Assembly (NCBI GenBank): GCA_028714095.1
Contig: JAQTMY010000001.1
Span: 185,787-249,786 of the forward strand
Source: Candidatus Nanoarchaeia archaeon
GTDB taxonomy: Archaea > Nanobdellota > Nanobdellia > SCGC-AAA011-G17 > JACPNG01
Direction: 5' to 3'
Length of the DNA: 64,000 bases
Part shown: one piece after another, positions 40,400 to 50,974 of the stretch
How positions within the stretch are numbered: the stretch's first letter is position 1
How the letters are laid out: every line of letters begins with the position of its first letter
Position numbers and translations under genes: made by a program
Notes under the pieces: model-generated
What the model saw: the letters and a program-made list of their open reading frames with translations, nothing else
Told to the model about the DNA's origin: nothing
Database searches by the model: none

Positions 40400-41087
40400 A
40401 ACCTCCTGCAGTCACCTTGCACATTCTGTCTCTATCAACTAACATACATCTGTCAGGTCCATTTTCTATTCCAGTATCTAACCCCCATTCAACTCCAGAA
40501 TCCAAAAGAGCCCTGACCTGCCCAACCGCTTTGTTGTATAAATTTAAAAATGGTATGTCTGATTTATACTCAAATTGATTATAATTAACCTCTTCATTTC
40601 CTTTTTTGATTTTTAATGGAAAGTCTACCTTCAATAAAGTGCTATCCTCATAATAATTAACGTTAACAAAAATATCTCCGTAGTTTATAGTATACCCTTC
40701 AGTTTTAAATTCCTGAAAATAATTTACACAATTCAGAAAATTATCCCTAAAATAAAGATTAATTTCATCAATGATTTTTCCATCAGAAGGAGGTCCTCCA
40801 CCATAAGAACTATAAAACTTGGCAATGTTCAAAGAACCAACTTTAACAACATCCTGATGTTCCTTGTAGTTCCCTCCTTGTTTTGCAATTAATACCAATG
40901 AATCTTCTCCAACCTGTTCAACACAATCCTGCGTAAAATCATAGATTGCCTCTGTATCGCTTGAAATCTTTTCTCCCAATGTAGTTTCATTTCCAGAACT
41001 TCTTCCAACAATCAGGAATAAGGCAATGACAACAACTATAACAATCCCAATAATAATAAATAAAGTAACCTGCCCCCTTTTCCCCAT
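40377..41087 (-). CDS. Type IV pilin-like protein (class III signal peptide), co-transcribed with the giant surface protein
   Basis: N-terminus MGKRGQVTLFIIIGIVIVVVIALFLIV matches the archaeal prepilin (K/R)G-Q-hydrophobic pattern. It overlaps the start of the giant gene. Confidence 0.5.
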   Translation of the reverse strand: MGKRGQVTLFIIIGIVIVVVIALFLIVGRSSGNETTLGEKISSDTEAIYDFTQDCVEQVGEDSLVLIAKQGGNYKEHQDVVKVGSLNIAKFYSSYGGGPPSDGKIIDEINLYFRDNFLNCVNYFQEFKTEGYTINYGDIFVNVNYYEDSTLLKVDFPLKIKKGNEEVNYNQFEYKSDIPFLNLYNKAVGQVRALLDSGVEWGLDTGIENGPDRCMLVDRDRMCKVTAGGYEFNYAI

Positions 41088-41118
41088 AATATTTAAAACC
41101 TATTTATCCTATATAAAA

Positions 41119-44100
41119 TTAACTAAACCACCTGTTTAATCCTTCTTGCTTTTCAGACTCTTTTCCAAAAACACTTTCTATTCTTTTCTGTAATAATTCT
41201 AAAGTTTGTTGTAAATAAGGAGGCAAATCATATTTCTTGGCTAAATCCAGACTTGGTTCAAGATATTTAATAATAGAACCTTCAGCAATTGTAAATATAA
41301 TTCTTCCCCCACAGCTTAAACACTTCCCCATCAATGGAGGTCTTCTGTATTTTTCATTGCAGTCAACGCATCTGAATTGCTGCATTGAAAATTTTCTTAG
41401 GTTACCTTTAATATCTCTTAGAAAATGCCTTTCAATTATTAATCTTGCAACATCCCCCTCATCCACAGCTCTTATTTTTTCAGCCAAATCCATTTGTCCC
41501 TTTACCTTATCTTGCATGGAAGGAATTGTTTTGTATGCACTGCATAAAGTCCCTTGGTTTATGTCAAAAGGATCATGGGTAAATCCCATCCCCTCATACT
41601 GTTTCTCAGTTCCTAATCTTCCTCTATAAGTCTCAATCATTATCTCCCATGGGAACTTAAACTGCTCTGCAGATTCATAAAATTCTAAAGGATATTTCCA
41701 TGCAGTATCCATGTTGAATACCATATCATCAACTTCTGCAGGGATTAATTTAAAGTTTAAAACTAAAGGAGCATCCTGCCTTGCCCCTCTATGCCCGGGT
41801 AAATATAATTTTGAAAAATTAAGCAGAGCATCAAGGAGTAATACAACACAGGCTTCATCTCCATCCGCATCCCTCCTCATCATACAATGCAATAATGGAT
41901 GTGCATAAAATCCCTGGGTTTTTGAAAAGCCTATTACTCTGCATAAGTTTCCTGCAGAGGTGTGTGGACTTAAAGCAACCAACAAACTTCCTGTAACATC
42001 TTCTTCGCTTTTAAAATTATAATACCTTGATAATCCATATAAATTTTCTAATAGATCATCAACAAATCTTCCAACCCTGAATAAGATTTTATCAGCCCCT
42101 TCTTCTAAAGATCCCTCGCATGAAGGCAGGATAATATCTTGACACTTTAGTTCTATAACCTGATTTTCATCTACAATATCCCTTCCATAAATATCTTTAT
42201 CATACCCCAACTGTTTTATTTTTTTAATATTAGTTCCTATCTCCTTAAGCTTAAAATGAGTTAAAGCAGTCTCAGTCATATCATATCTTACAGTTCCATC
42301 CTTATTTACATGAATATTATATATGCTTCTCAGAATCCCCTTAACTAAATTCTCAGGGATTTTATCCTCACTCCAGACCCCCTTAACCCCTTTGATTAAA
42401 TCCTTATATTCTGTAATGTTCAGCTTTGCTAAGGCATTCCTGAAATAATGATTAACATCAACTCCGCGGCTTGTATAAGTTCTGCTTAGATGAGTCACTT
42501 CTTGTTCCTTCCCCTCCTTATCCTTTACCTTCTTGGTTTTTTCACATTTGGTTTCAAGAATTTTATCATCATCATAACAATAATATCTCTTTTGTGTTCT
42601 TATCCCACAAACTTCGCAGGTAGGATAAATTGTTTCCTTGTTGCATTTTATACAGTAAAAGTAAGGCCATTCAGCATTAACCTTTCCTTTTTCTAATGCA
42701 CTTTGCAGATTTCTCATTTTTCCGCCTTCCTCTCCTACTGGAAATAAGACATGGGGGTTTCCTGTTAATTTCCTTATCTTTGCTTTTTCAGGTCTTCCCA
42801 TCCTTGCACCGATGAAATGACCGTTCTTATCCTTAATATCAAAATTAAACATATTAAGAATCTTCAAACAATCTTCTTTGTTAAAATCCAGTTTTGAAAG
42901 GTCTTTAAAAATATAATTTAATACAAAACAATCCCCTCCGGAAATATAAACTTGATTCTCTATTACCCTATGCGGTACCCCTAATAATTCTAATGTCCTT
43001 TTAGGATCTTCTCCCTCAATAACTTCTTTGATGTCATATTCTAAAGGGAGAATAATCTCATTCTCTGTCTTAGTTGCATGCTTAATCCATTCAACAAAAT
43101 TTTCCAGTTGTTTTTTGGAAATATTTTTCCAATGGTATGTATATCTTGGATGCAGTGGAATTTTATATAAGGTGCTCATTTTTATTGCATCTTCTCCAGA
43201 AATTTGTTTGTACGGATTTTTTATTAGTTCATTAACAGCTTCATTTTTATTTTCTAATTTTTCAAGAATTGCCCTGTGCCATTCCTCATTATACCCGCAT
43301 GGAATTAATCTGTGCCCCCTGTCAAGAAAGTCTCCATAATTAATTAAAATATCTCCTAAAAATAAAATTTCTTCTATCTTATTTTTAAATAATAATGCTT
43401 TTTCCTCTGTGTCAACTAAAACAACATCCCCATTCTTTAATTTTACAATTGGCCCTTCAAGAGTATCACATACAGCCAAGACTGTAGACTTCCCAGGTCT
43501 CTCCGTTCTTAGCTGTGTTCCAACAGCTAAATAGTCATTTAATATTCTCATAGTTGCAGGATGTACCGCATCAGAACTGAATCCTGAATTTCTCGCTCTT
43601 CCATATCTTAATCTGAATCCTCCATTCCTTAATGGATAAGTTAGTATTGGCCTACCAGCAACTAAATCTTTTATAAAAGTATAATCTGGTTTAACTAACT
43701 GGTCAGAAGCAGTTTTTCCTTTTGATTTTGCTTTTATTTTTTTCTGTAATTCAACAAACTCCTCAAGGAAATCCATGCTGGTTATTCCAAAATCCTGTTT
43801 CCATTTTGAAAATTTGGAAAAGAACTTGGCAGCTTTTTGTGTTAAGCCCTCACCTATAACTAAAGCTATCCCATTCCTTAATCTGTTTGTTTCAATTCTT
43901 TCAAGGTTTTTATAATTGGAAACCTCAATTTTTTCAGAGGGTTCTCCATCAATCTGCACAGGTAAATGTTTTATCATAAACTCTATTTCAGGTTCTGAGG
44001 GAAAATACTGTAGATTAGTTATTCTCTCATGGAAATCTATCACTTCTGTAATCATTCTCTTGACTTCTTCTTCAGTGGGATCATAAACCTCATAACCCAT

Positions 44101-44628
44101 CTTTTGTCTTACATAATCTGCCAAAGCAACAAAAACACATGTAGCAGTTGTTCCAGCACTTCTTATTGGTCCTGAAAAAAATAGGGAAAAATAAGGCTTG
44201 CCATCTTTTCTTTTTTTCAAGGCTAGTTTAGTAAATCCCTCTAAGGGACTAGCTACAACCCCATTAGTAATATAAGCCAATCCAACTCTTAACCCTACTT
44301 CCATGGCCAACCTCTCGTCGCTAAACTTACAGAATTTTTGTTGTGCAACTTCCAATGCGACGGTAAATGCAATTCTCCAGTCCTGGCTTCCATATTGTTT
44401 TTCTAATTCCTCTATTCTTTGCAGAATTCCTGAACCTTTAACCTGGGGGGCAACAGTTCCAATTAACCCTTCTACCCTTGCAGCCATGTTTTTAGCTAGG
44501 TTTATTTCAACTTCATCAGCAGGATCATATCCTTTTTTTCTTGCCTTAGTTGCTAAATCATATAATATATCTAATTCATTCTTTAATTTATCAAAATACA
44601 TTTCCATATTTTCACTTGCCTGATTCAT
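41119..44628 (-). CDS. polD2: DNA polymerase II (PolD) large subunit DP2
   Basis: Length about 1170 aa with conserved DP2 blocks and C-terminal Cys clusters (CVDCNEKY...CLSCGG). It is immediately downstream of DP1 and cdc6. Confidence 0.9.
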   Translation of the reverse strand: MNQASENMEMYFDKLKNELDILYDLATKARKKGYDPADEVEINLAKNMAARVEGLIGTVAPQVKGSGILQRIEELEKQYGSQDWRIAFTVALEVAQQKFCKFSDERLAMEVGLRVGLAYITNGVVASPLEGFTKLALKKRKDGKPYFSLFFSGPIRSAGTTATCVFVALADYVRQKMGYEVYDPTEEEVKRMITEVIDFHERITNLQYFPSEPEIEFMIKHLPVQIDGEPSEKIEVSNYKNLERIETNRLRNGIALVIGEGLTQKAAKFFSKFSKWKQDFGITSMDFLEEFVELQKKIKAKSKGKTASDQLVKPDYTFIKDLVAGRPILTYPLRNGGFRLRYGRARNSGFSSDAVHPATMRILNDYLAVGTQLRTERPGKSTVLAVCDTLEGPIVKLKNGDVVLVDTEEKALLFKNKIEEILFLGDILINYGDFLDRGHRLIPCGYNEEWHRAILEKLENKNEAVNELIKNPYKQISGEDAIKMSTLYKIPLHPRYTYHWKNISKKQLENFVEWIKHATKTENEIILPLEYDIKEVIEGEDPKRTLELLGVPHRVIENQVYISGGDCFVLNYIFKDLSKLDFNKEDCLKILNMFNFDIKDKNGHFIGARMGRPEKAKIRKLTGNPHVLFPVGEEGGKMRNLQSALEKGKVNAEWPYFYCIKCNKETIYPTCEVCGIRTQKRYYCYDDDKILETKCEKTKKVKDKEGKEQEVTHLSRTYTSRGVDVNHYFRNALAKLNITEYKDLIKGVKGVWSEDKIPENLVKGILRSIYNIHVNKDGTVRYDMTETALTHFKLKEIGTNIKKIKQLGYDKDIYGRDIVDENQVIELKCQDIILPSCEGSLEEGADKILFRVGRFVDDLLENLYGLSRYYNFKSEEDVTGSLLVALSPHTSAGNLCRVIGFSKTQGFYAHPLLHCMMRRDADGDEACVVLLLDALLNFSKLYLPGHRGARQDAPLVLNFKLIPAEVDDMVFNMDTAWKYPLEFYESAEQFKFPWEIMIETYRGRLGTEKQYEGMGFTHDPFDINQGTLCSAYKTIPSMQDKVKGQMDLAEKIRAVDEGDVARLIIERHFLRDIKGNLRKFSMQQFRCVDCNEKYRRPPLMGKCLSCGGRIIFTIAEGSIIKYLEPSLDLAKKYDLPPYLQQTLELLQKRIESVFGKESEKQEGLNRWFS

Positions 44629-46255
44629 CTTCCCAAAAATTAATTATGCTTACCTCCCTTGTTTTAAGATTAATAACAGGAACTCTTCCAGGTTCTGCAA
44701 TATGTCCTACCTTGTCCTGGAAGGGGGTCTGTTTCTGCCATGCAGATGAAGCAATCATCGTGACATTATTATAATTTAAAACCGCCGCCCTATGGATATG
44801 CCCCGAAATAAAAAAATCAGGAACCTTCTCAATGACTAATGGATCTAAATCTTTGTATGGAACATACAATGTAGAGGTATGGCTTGGAGCCAAATGTCTT
44901 TTTTGGAGTAATAATTTCATAACTAAGTCTGTTCTTTCAGATATATTTGGTTTCATCAACCTTATTCTCTCAACCTTGTCAGCATAATAATCATAACTAT
45001 ATCCATGATATAATAAAAAATCAAATCCCATGAAGTGTTCAGAAGAATGTATATTAACAACAGAAGGGTTGCTTACAATAAAAACATTTTCCATGTTGTA
45101 GAGATCTTCAGCATAATGTCTTGGTTGTGGAGGTTGTGGCTCCCCAATCCTTAAAGCATCGTGATTCCCAGAAGTAATTATTATCTTGATATCCTTCCTT
45201 ATCTTGTTTAATAATTCCGCAACCCTTTTGTACTGTTCCCTTATATCCCTTAACGTTAATTCCTCTTCCTGGCCTGGATAAATTCCAAGTCCGTCAACAA
45301 TATCCCCCATAACAAAAAGATATTTTATCTTGCTTGCAATCCTCTTTTGTTTTATATTTCCATACTCCCCATTGAGCCATGAAACAAAATTAAGAAATTC
45401 TTTTTCCATAAATAAATTGCTTCCCACATGCATATCTCCAGTTATAACTGCATAAACCTCATCTTCAGATTTCTTAAATTCCATTGTGTGAGGCACATCA
45501 GGAAAAAATATATCAGAAACAAAAACAACCTTATCCCCCATTGTTCCATTAATTCCAATGACCTCATCCAGGACAATATCCTGTGCTTTGATGAAGGATT
45601 CGTTTGTTTTTGTGATAAGTATATTTATATTACCTGTATTGTCCTCCATTGCAATCTTAAGATGCCCCGCCTTGGTTGTTTGTATATCATTGACTAATCC
45701 AATTAAAGCAACAGGTTCTCTTAATGATTTATTCAAGGTCCTGTTAATTGAGATAACATTCTGTAGTTCATTTCTTGACTGCAACATCTCTTTTATTTTA
45801 TTATACCTTGCTCTAAAATACAAAACAAAATCCTGAACCTCTCTTTTACTTGCTTCTTCCATATAGGATTTCAGGACAACAACACTGCTCCCAATTTTTT
45901 CTTTCTCAATCTCATCCTTTTCAGGTTCCTTGATTTCTTCTAGAACCTTATCCATTACCTTCTTGGTTTTTTCAGATAGATTATAATTAAAAATATCCAT
46001 AAATAATTTGTAATCTTCTTCACTCCTTCCTTTTTCATGCATTGTTTTTGCTCTTTCAAACTCCTTCCAGCTCACATCCATTAAAACCCCTTTTTGGATT
46101 AGAGGTAGAATCTCCTTATTCAGAACCAGAACTCCCTTATCAGAATAAATATTGATTATCTCAGTTAAATTTTCATTTAATCCCTCAAGGACATCTTTGA
46201 GTTCTGGGCTGACTAATATTCCTTTTTCTAAAAAATAATTAATTGTATTTTTCAT
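44612..46255 (-). CDS. polD1: DNA polymerase II (PolD) small subunit DP1 (calcineurin-like phosphoesterase)
   Basis: GDMHVGS and GNHD phosphoesterase motifs; an OB-domain region lies upstream. Confidence 0.85.
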   Translation of the reverse strand: MKNTINYFLEKGILVSPELKDVLEGLNENLTEIINIYSDKGVLVLNKEILPLIQKGVLMDVSWKEFERAKTMHEKGRSEEDYKLFMDIFNYNLSEKTKKVMDKVLEEIKEPEKDEIEKEKIGSSVVVLKSYMEEASKREVQDFVLYFRARYNKIKEMLQSRNELQNVISINRTLNKSLREPVALIGLVNDIQTTKAGHLKIAMEDNTGNINILITKTNESFIKAQDIVLDEVIGINGTMGDKVVFVSDIFFPDVPHTMEFKKSEDEVYAVITGDMHVGSNLFMEKEFLNFVSWLNGEYGNIKQKRIASKIKYLFVMGDIVDGLGIYPGQEEELTLRDIREQYKRVAELLNKIRKDIKIIITSGNHDALRIGEPQPPQPRHYAEDLYNMENVFIVSNPSVVNIHSSEHFMGFDFLLYHGYSYDYYADKVERIRLMKPNISERTDLVMKLLLQKRHLAPSHTSTLYVPYKDLDPLVIEKVPDFFISGHIHRAAVLNYNNVTMIASSAWQKQTPFQDKVGHIAEPGRVPVINLKTREVSIINFWEDESGK

Positions 46256-47460
46256 AAACCCAATCCGGTTTTCAATAAATCCTTTACCTTAGGTACTGTT
46301 GAACTGGGAATTGCTAACCTTATTTCCCTTGTACGTCCATACCTCCCCTTGCTAATTACTTTAGCATTAATAATACCTAACATATCCAATTCCGCAATAA
46401 TGTCGGATACTCTTCTTTGTGTTAATGGTTTAAGCCCAACCTTGATGCATGCATCCTTGTAGAGTTCATAGATATCCCCTGTGAAGATTGGTTTGTCATC
46501 GCTGAAAGTCATACTAAAAATTGAATATAATGCCAATTTGAATTGTTTTGGTTGTGTACTTATTGTATCTAATACTCTATCCCTCTCTATTTTTTCCTGG
46601 GCATCATCAATGTGCTTCATTAAAATATGAATCTCATTACCTCTCTCTGCAATTTCTCCCGCAACTCTCAATAACTCTAATGCCCTTCTTGCATCTCCGT
46701 GTTCTCTTGCAGCATAAGCCGCACATTTTTCTATTACCCCTTCTTCCATTGCTTTCGGCCTAAACGCAATATTTACCCTTTCCCTCAAGATGCTTTGTAG
46801 CTGAACAGCATTATATGGAGGAAATACTAATTCTTCCTCCCCCAAACTGCTTTTTACTCTTGGATCCAATTCAGACGTAAAAGTTAAATCATTGGAAATC
46901 CCTATCAGAGAGATTTCTGTATTTTTTAATTCATGATTTAATCTTGTTAAATTGTACAAGATTCCATCATCAATCTTTTTTACTAGCTGATCAATTTCAT
47001 CTAAGATTAAGATAAGTAATATTTTTTCTTTGTCAATCTCTTTGATAAAAATTTTATAAACCTCATCTGTTGGCAATCCCGTTGCCGGAACTTCTACTCC
47101 TAACTCCCTTGTGATCTGGGCAATTAATCTATATTCTGTATCAGCAACTCTTTTTAATTTACAGTTAAGGTAAACAATTTTAAGGGGTAAATTATTTTTC
47201 TTGGCAATTTTAATTAGATCATCGCTAACTTTAGTAATAGAAACCGTTTTCCCTGTTCCGGTTTTTCCATAAATAAAAAGATTGCTTGGTTTTTCCATCC
47301 TTAAGGAAGGAGCCAATATTCCCGCAATATTTTTGATTTGATCATCCCTATGCGGAATGTTTTCCGGGGTGTAATTCATCTGCATTGCTTTCTTGTTAAT
47401 AAACAAGGGTTCTTTTTTTAAGAAATTCTCAAAGTAATTTATCAACTCTTTTTCAGCCAT
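46252..47460 (-). CDS. cdc6: Orc1/Cdc6 replication initiator
   Basis: AAA+ Walker A IYGKTGTGKTVS; Walker B ILILDEID; C-terminal winged helix. Confidence 0.9.
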   Translation of the reverse strand: MAEKELINYFENFLKKEPLFINKKAMQMNYTPENIPHRDDQIKNIAGILAPSLRMEKPSNLFIYGKTGTGKTVSITKVSDDLIKIAKKNNLPLKIVYLNCKLKRVADTEYRLIAQITRELGVEVPATGLPTDEVYKIFIKEIDKEKILLILILDEIDQLVKKIDDGILYNLTRLNHELKNTEISLIGISNDLTFTSELDPRVKSSLGEEELVFPPYNAVQLQSILRERVNIAFRPKAMEEGVIEKCAAYAAREHGDARRALELLRVAGEIAERGNEIHILMKHIDDAQEKIERDRVLDTISTQPKQFKLALYSIFSMTFSDDKPIFTGDIYELYKDACIKVGLKPLTQRRVSDIIAELDMLGIINAKVISKGRYGRTREIRLAIPSSTVPKVKDLLKTGLGL

Positions 47461-47958
47461 TTTAATTCTTCCCTCTTAGTTTTTATTTAAAGATTGTTGG
47501 TCTATAAAATTAATAGTTAAAATATAAACACCAACACCCCTATTTCATATAGAACAAATACATGAAAGATTTAATATAAAAAACTTCATTACCACTCTAA
47601 CTAAACACCAACCCTTCTTATGGAAAAATATTCAAACAAATAAATAATAAAATATATATGATAGAATATAGAAAATCTTTTAAATTAAATATATAAATTA
47701 TAAATCTAAATTCTTTAATATTTTAATACTACAACCCCTAGGAGTCTATTTTAGCCAATTAAAGTTCCATACCCCCACTTTATTAAAAAAGCTAAATCCA
47801 GGTTTCCATAGGTAATAGAGGTTACATTTGCTTCCAAATGAAAAAAAACCCAAAAACAAAATATTTAGAGGTTCCATATGAATTCAAGGTGTGAGGGTCC
47901 CAAAAATAATCCCCCTCCCTCCAAAAACCTTTAAATATTAAAAAACCTAACCAATAAC
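47461..47958. promoter_or_regulatory. Putative replication origin (oriC): an AT-rich unwinding element flanked by repeated TTCCA-N-A-TG (mini-ORB-like) motifs and C/G strings. The cdc6 promoter lies in this region as well.
   Basis: Mini-ORB-like repeats at about 47764, 47803, 47832 and 47871 (gttccatac, gtttccatagg, cttccaaatg, ggttccatatg). Paired acaccaacaccc / acaccaaccc elements at about 47528 and 47605. A nearly pure A/T stretch at about 47640..47720. The region is directly upstream of cdc6-polD. Confidence 0.5.
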
Positions 47959-48249
47959 ATGAATTGGTGGATGATTTTAATAGGTATCCTTGTTCTTTGG
48001 TTATTAATAGAGTTATTAAAACATCTTTTCTTGAGAAAGACTGCAAAAGTATTTATAACTTTGTTGATAATTCTGCTTTTATTTTTAGGAACAAGCAAGT
48101 TGATGATTGATAGTGATATAATTAAGAAAGATGATAGTGAAGTTATTACTACAGGAGCAGCAATAACAGACAAAATCCTCAATACTTTCGGAGAATCTAA
48201 GAAAATAAATATTAATGATCAGAATCTGACAAAATCATTCAAAGATTAA
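47959..48249 (+). CDS. Small membrane protein (hypothetical)
   Basis: Two TM helices; ORF only. Confidence 0.3.
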   Translation: MNWWMILIGILVLWLLIELLKHLFLRKTAKVFITLLIILLLFLGTSKLMIDSDIIKKDDSEVITTGAAITDKILNTFGESKKININDQNLTKSFKD

Positions 48250-48315
48250 AATATAACGTTAATAAACTAGAAAACTTTATAAAGAACTAAACCAAAAATA
48301 TTCGAAGGTGAGCAT

Positions 48316-48579
48316 ATGGCAGAAGAAGATAAAAGATATTCTAAACAACTTTTAGGCAAAACCATAGTTACAAAATCAGGAAAAAGATTTGGAGAAGTTG
48401 GTGCAATAACTTTTGAGACAAGAACCGGAGAGTTAATGCAGATAGTTATTAGAAATCCAACAAGTTTTGCTGACAGTCTTGAATTGGAAGAAGATGAAAA
48501 AGGTAATTTGTTGATACCTTACTCGGCTGTAATTGCCATCGGAGATTTTATAGTAGTTTCTGAAGAAGATATTATTTAA
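48316..48579 (+). CDS. PRC-barrel domain protein
   Basis: 87 aa; LLGKTIVTKSGKRFGEVGAITFE...IPYSAV is a PRC-barrel-like pattern. This is the second PRC-barrel gene in the window. Confidence 0.5.
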   Translation: MAEEDKRYSKQLLGKTIVTKSGKRFGEVGAITFETRTGELMQIVIRNPTSFADSLELEEDEKGNLLIPYSAVIAIGDFIVVSEEDII

Positions 48580-49066
48580 TTTTATTAAAATAATTTTTAA
48601 TTTTTTCATAACTAGATATAACTTTTTCAAGATTACCTTTAGTTTTTAATTTAGTTTGGGCATAAATCATGCTGGGGATTATACAATCAATACTCTCTCC
48701 GAATTTTTTAGTCCATGGATATCTTGGGAACATCCATATGTGAAAATGAGTCCATCTCTCTATCCCAATTTCTTCCTGAATAAGATCTATGTATTTTATT
48801 CCCAAGACTTTGTTTAATGCAACTCTTGTTTTGTATATTACCTCAATCAATTCCTCTCTTTCTTTTTTTGAAAAGTTCTCTATCCCTTTAATATGTTTTT
48901 TAGAACCAACAATCATAAACCCAGGAATCGGAGTTTGAAAATCCTGGCTTACTATAAAATTTTTTGTTTCATAAACCTTTAAAGTTTTAATTTTACATTT
49001 CTGGATATCACACCCAATACATTTTACTTTGCTTTTTATTCCCTCAAAAGATTCAAGTTTTGGCAC
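48572..49066 (-). CDS. HIT-family hydrolase
   Basis: Histidine triad HFHIWMFP and an N-terminal CxxC pair. Confidence 0.6.
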   Translation of the reverse strand: MPKLESFEGIKSKVKCIGCDIQKCKIKTLKVYETKNFIVSQDFQTPIPGFMIVGSKKHIKGIENFSKKEREELIEVIYKTRVALNKVLGIKYIDLIQEEIGIERWTHFHIWMFPRYPWTKKFGESIDCIIPSMIYAQTKLKTKGNLEKVISSYEKIKNYFNKIK

Positions 49067-49117
49067 ATAAATCTTAAAACAAATAGCTTTTTAAATTTTT
49101 TCCATATACTAAAGGAC

Positions 49118-50974
49118 ATGGATTATAAAACAACTAAAGATATTAAGGTACCTGAAAGATTAGTAGACCAGATAATCGGCCAGGATCATGCTGTAGAGAT
49201 AATCAAGAAAGCAGCAATACAAAGAAGGAATGTTATGCTGATAGGTGATCCTGGTACAGGTAAATCCATGTTGGGTCAGGCAATAGCAGAAATTTCCCAA
49301 AAAGAAAAGTTAGTTGATCTCTTGGCTTTGCCAAATCCTTCAGATGAAAATCTGCCTTTAATAAGAACTGTCCCAAAAGGACAGGGTAAATTATTAATTA
49401 CAAAAGCAAAGCTGCAAGCAACGTCTTCTTTTAAGAATCAAAGTATTATTATGTTTATTTTTATAATTGTAATATCCTTAATGCCTTACTATTTCTGGAA
49501 AACCGGAAAAATCTCAGATGTAATATATGCTGCATCAATGCTCTCAAGCATGGTTCTTATCATAGGTTTAGTCTTATTCCTTAATGTAGGAAAGAGGATG
49601 GCCCTTGGAAAGCAAGGAGGAGAAATACCTAAACTATTAGTTGATAACTCAAACCAGAAAAAAGCGCCTTTTATAGATGCAACCGGAGCTCAGGCCGGAG
49701 CATTGTTAGGAGATGTTCTCCACGATCCTTTGCAGTCAGGAGGATTAGGAACTCCTAGTTATCAAAGATTATTATCTGGAATGATCCATAGGGCAAATGG
49801 AGGGGTATTATTCATAGATGAAATATCAACTTTATCTCCAAGGTCCCAGCAGGAATTACTTACAGCCTTACAGGAGAAAAAATATCCAATTACAGGCCAG
49901 TCAGAAAGATCTTCAGGAGCTCAGACAAGATCAGAGCCAGTTCCATGTGATTTTATTTTGGTTGCTGCAGGCAATGTAGAAACAATACAGCATATGCATC
50001 CTGCTCTAAGATCAAGAATAAGAGGTTATGGTTATGAAGTTTATATGAATACAACTATACCAGATACAAAGGAAAATAGGGATAAGATTGCTTTTTTTGT
50101 TGCTCAGGAAGTTGAGAAAGATAAAAAGATTCCTCACTTTGACAAGGAAGCTGTAGAAGAAATTGTGCAGGAAGCAAAAAAGAAAGCGGGTATGGCAGAT
50201 AAATTAACTTTAAGGTTAAGAGAACTTGGAGGTTTAGTAAGAGCAGCAGGAGATTTAGCCTTAGAAAAAAAATCAAAGGTTGTAACAAAACAGCATGTAA
50301 CAGAAGCGAAAAAACTGGCAAGAACACTAGAGCAGCAGATGGCGGATAAGTATATTGAGAACAAGAAAAAATATGAAGTTATAATTACAACTGGAAAACA
50401 GGTTGGAAGAGTTAATGGTTTAGCAGTTATCGGAAGTCAGGAAGCATCTTCAGGAATTGTATTACCAATAGAATCAGAAGTTACCCTTGGGGGAAAAAGA
50501 TCTGAGTTTATTGCAACAGGAAAATTAGGGCAGATAGCAAAAGAAGCAGTAAAAAATGTTTCAGCAATTATTCTAAAATACTTTGGTGAGGACATCAAAG
50601 AAAAATATGATATATATATTCAGTTCCTGCAAACCTATGAAGGGGTTGAGGGAGATTCAGCATCAATTGCAGTAGCAACAGCAATAATATCCGCATTAAA
50701 AGATGTTCCAGTACGTCAGGATACAGCAATGACCGGCTCTTTGTCTGTTAGGGGAAAAGTTCTTGCTATTGGGGGGGTTACCTCAAAGATAGAAGCAGCA
50801 ATAGAAGCAGGGATTAGGAGAGTTATAATTCCCAAATCAAATGAAGGGGATGTAATCTTATCAAAGGAAAAACTAAAAGAAATAGAAATAATTCCCGTAG
50901 AGACAATCTATGAAGTTTTGGAACATGCAATTGACTGGAAAGGAAAAGAATCAATTCTTAAGAAGATTAAATAA
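49118..50974 (+). CDS. lon: Archaeal membrane-bound Lon protease (LonB)
   Basis: AAA Walker A GDPGTGKS with a membrane insertion between the Walker motifs; protease Ser in [12 protein letters not shown] and a downstream Lys. Confidence 0.9.
   Translation: MDYKTTKDIKVPERLVDQIIGQDHAVEIIKKAAIQRRNVMLIGDPGTGKSMLGQAIAEISQKEKLVDLLALPNPSDENLPLIRTVPKGQGKLLITKAKLQATSSFKNQSIIMFIFIIVISLMPYYFWKTGKISDVIYAASMLSSMVLIIGLVLFLNVGKRMALGKQGGEIPKLLVDNSNQKKAPFIDATGAQAGALLGDVLHDPLQSGGLGTPSYQRLLSGMIHRANGGVLFIDEISTLSPRSQQELLTALQEKKYPITGQSERSSGAQTRSEPVPCDFILVAAGNVETIQHMHPALRSRIRGYGYEVYMNTTIPDTKENRDKIAFFVAQEVEKDKKIPHFDKEAVEEIVQEAKKKAGMADKLTLRLRELGGLVRAAGDLALEKKSKVVTKQHVTEAKKLARTLEQQMADKYIENKKKYEVIITTGKQVGRVNGLAVIGSQEASSGIVLPIESEVTLGGKRSEFIATGKLGQIAKEAVKNVSAIILKYFGEDIKEKYDIYIQFLQTYEGVEGDSASIAVATAIISALKDVPVRQDTAMTGSLSVRGKVLAIGGVTSKIEAAIEAGIRRVIIPKSNEGDVILSKEKLKEIEIIPVETIYEVLEHAIDWKGKESILKKIK

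Noticed and set aside
40377-41087. The 236-aa ORF as a mere upstream extension or mis-start of the giant gene.
   Set aside because: It is in a different frame, has its own hydrophobic class III-like N-terminus, and is terminated by a stop before the giant ORF's body. It is kept as a separate gene.
47461-48315. Possible tRNA or other structured RNA in the long cdc6-upstream intergenic region.
   Set aside because: No cloverleaf-compatible acceptor/T-arm pairing and no GTTCGAATC-like T-loop was found. The repeats are better explained as origin and promoter elements.
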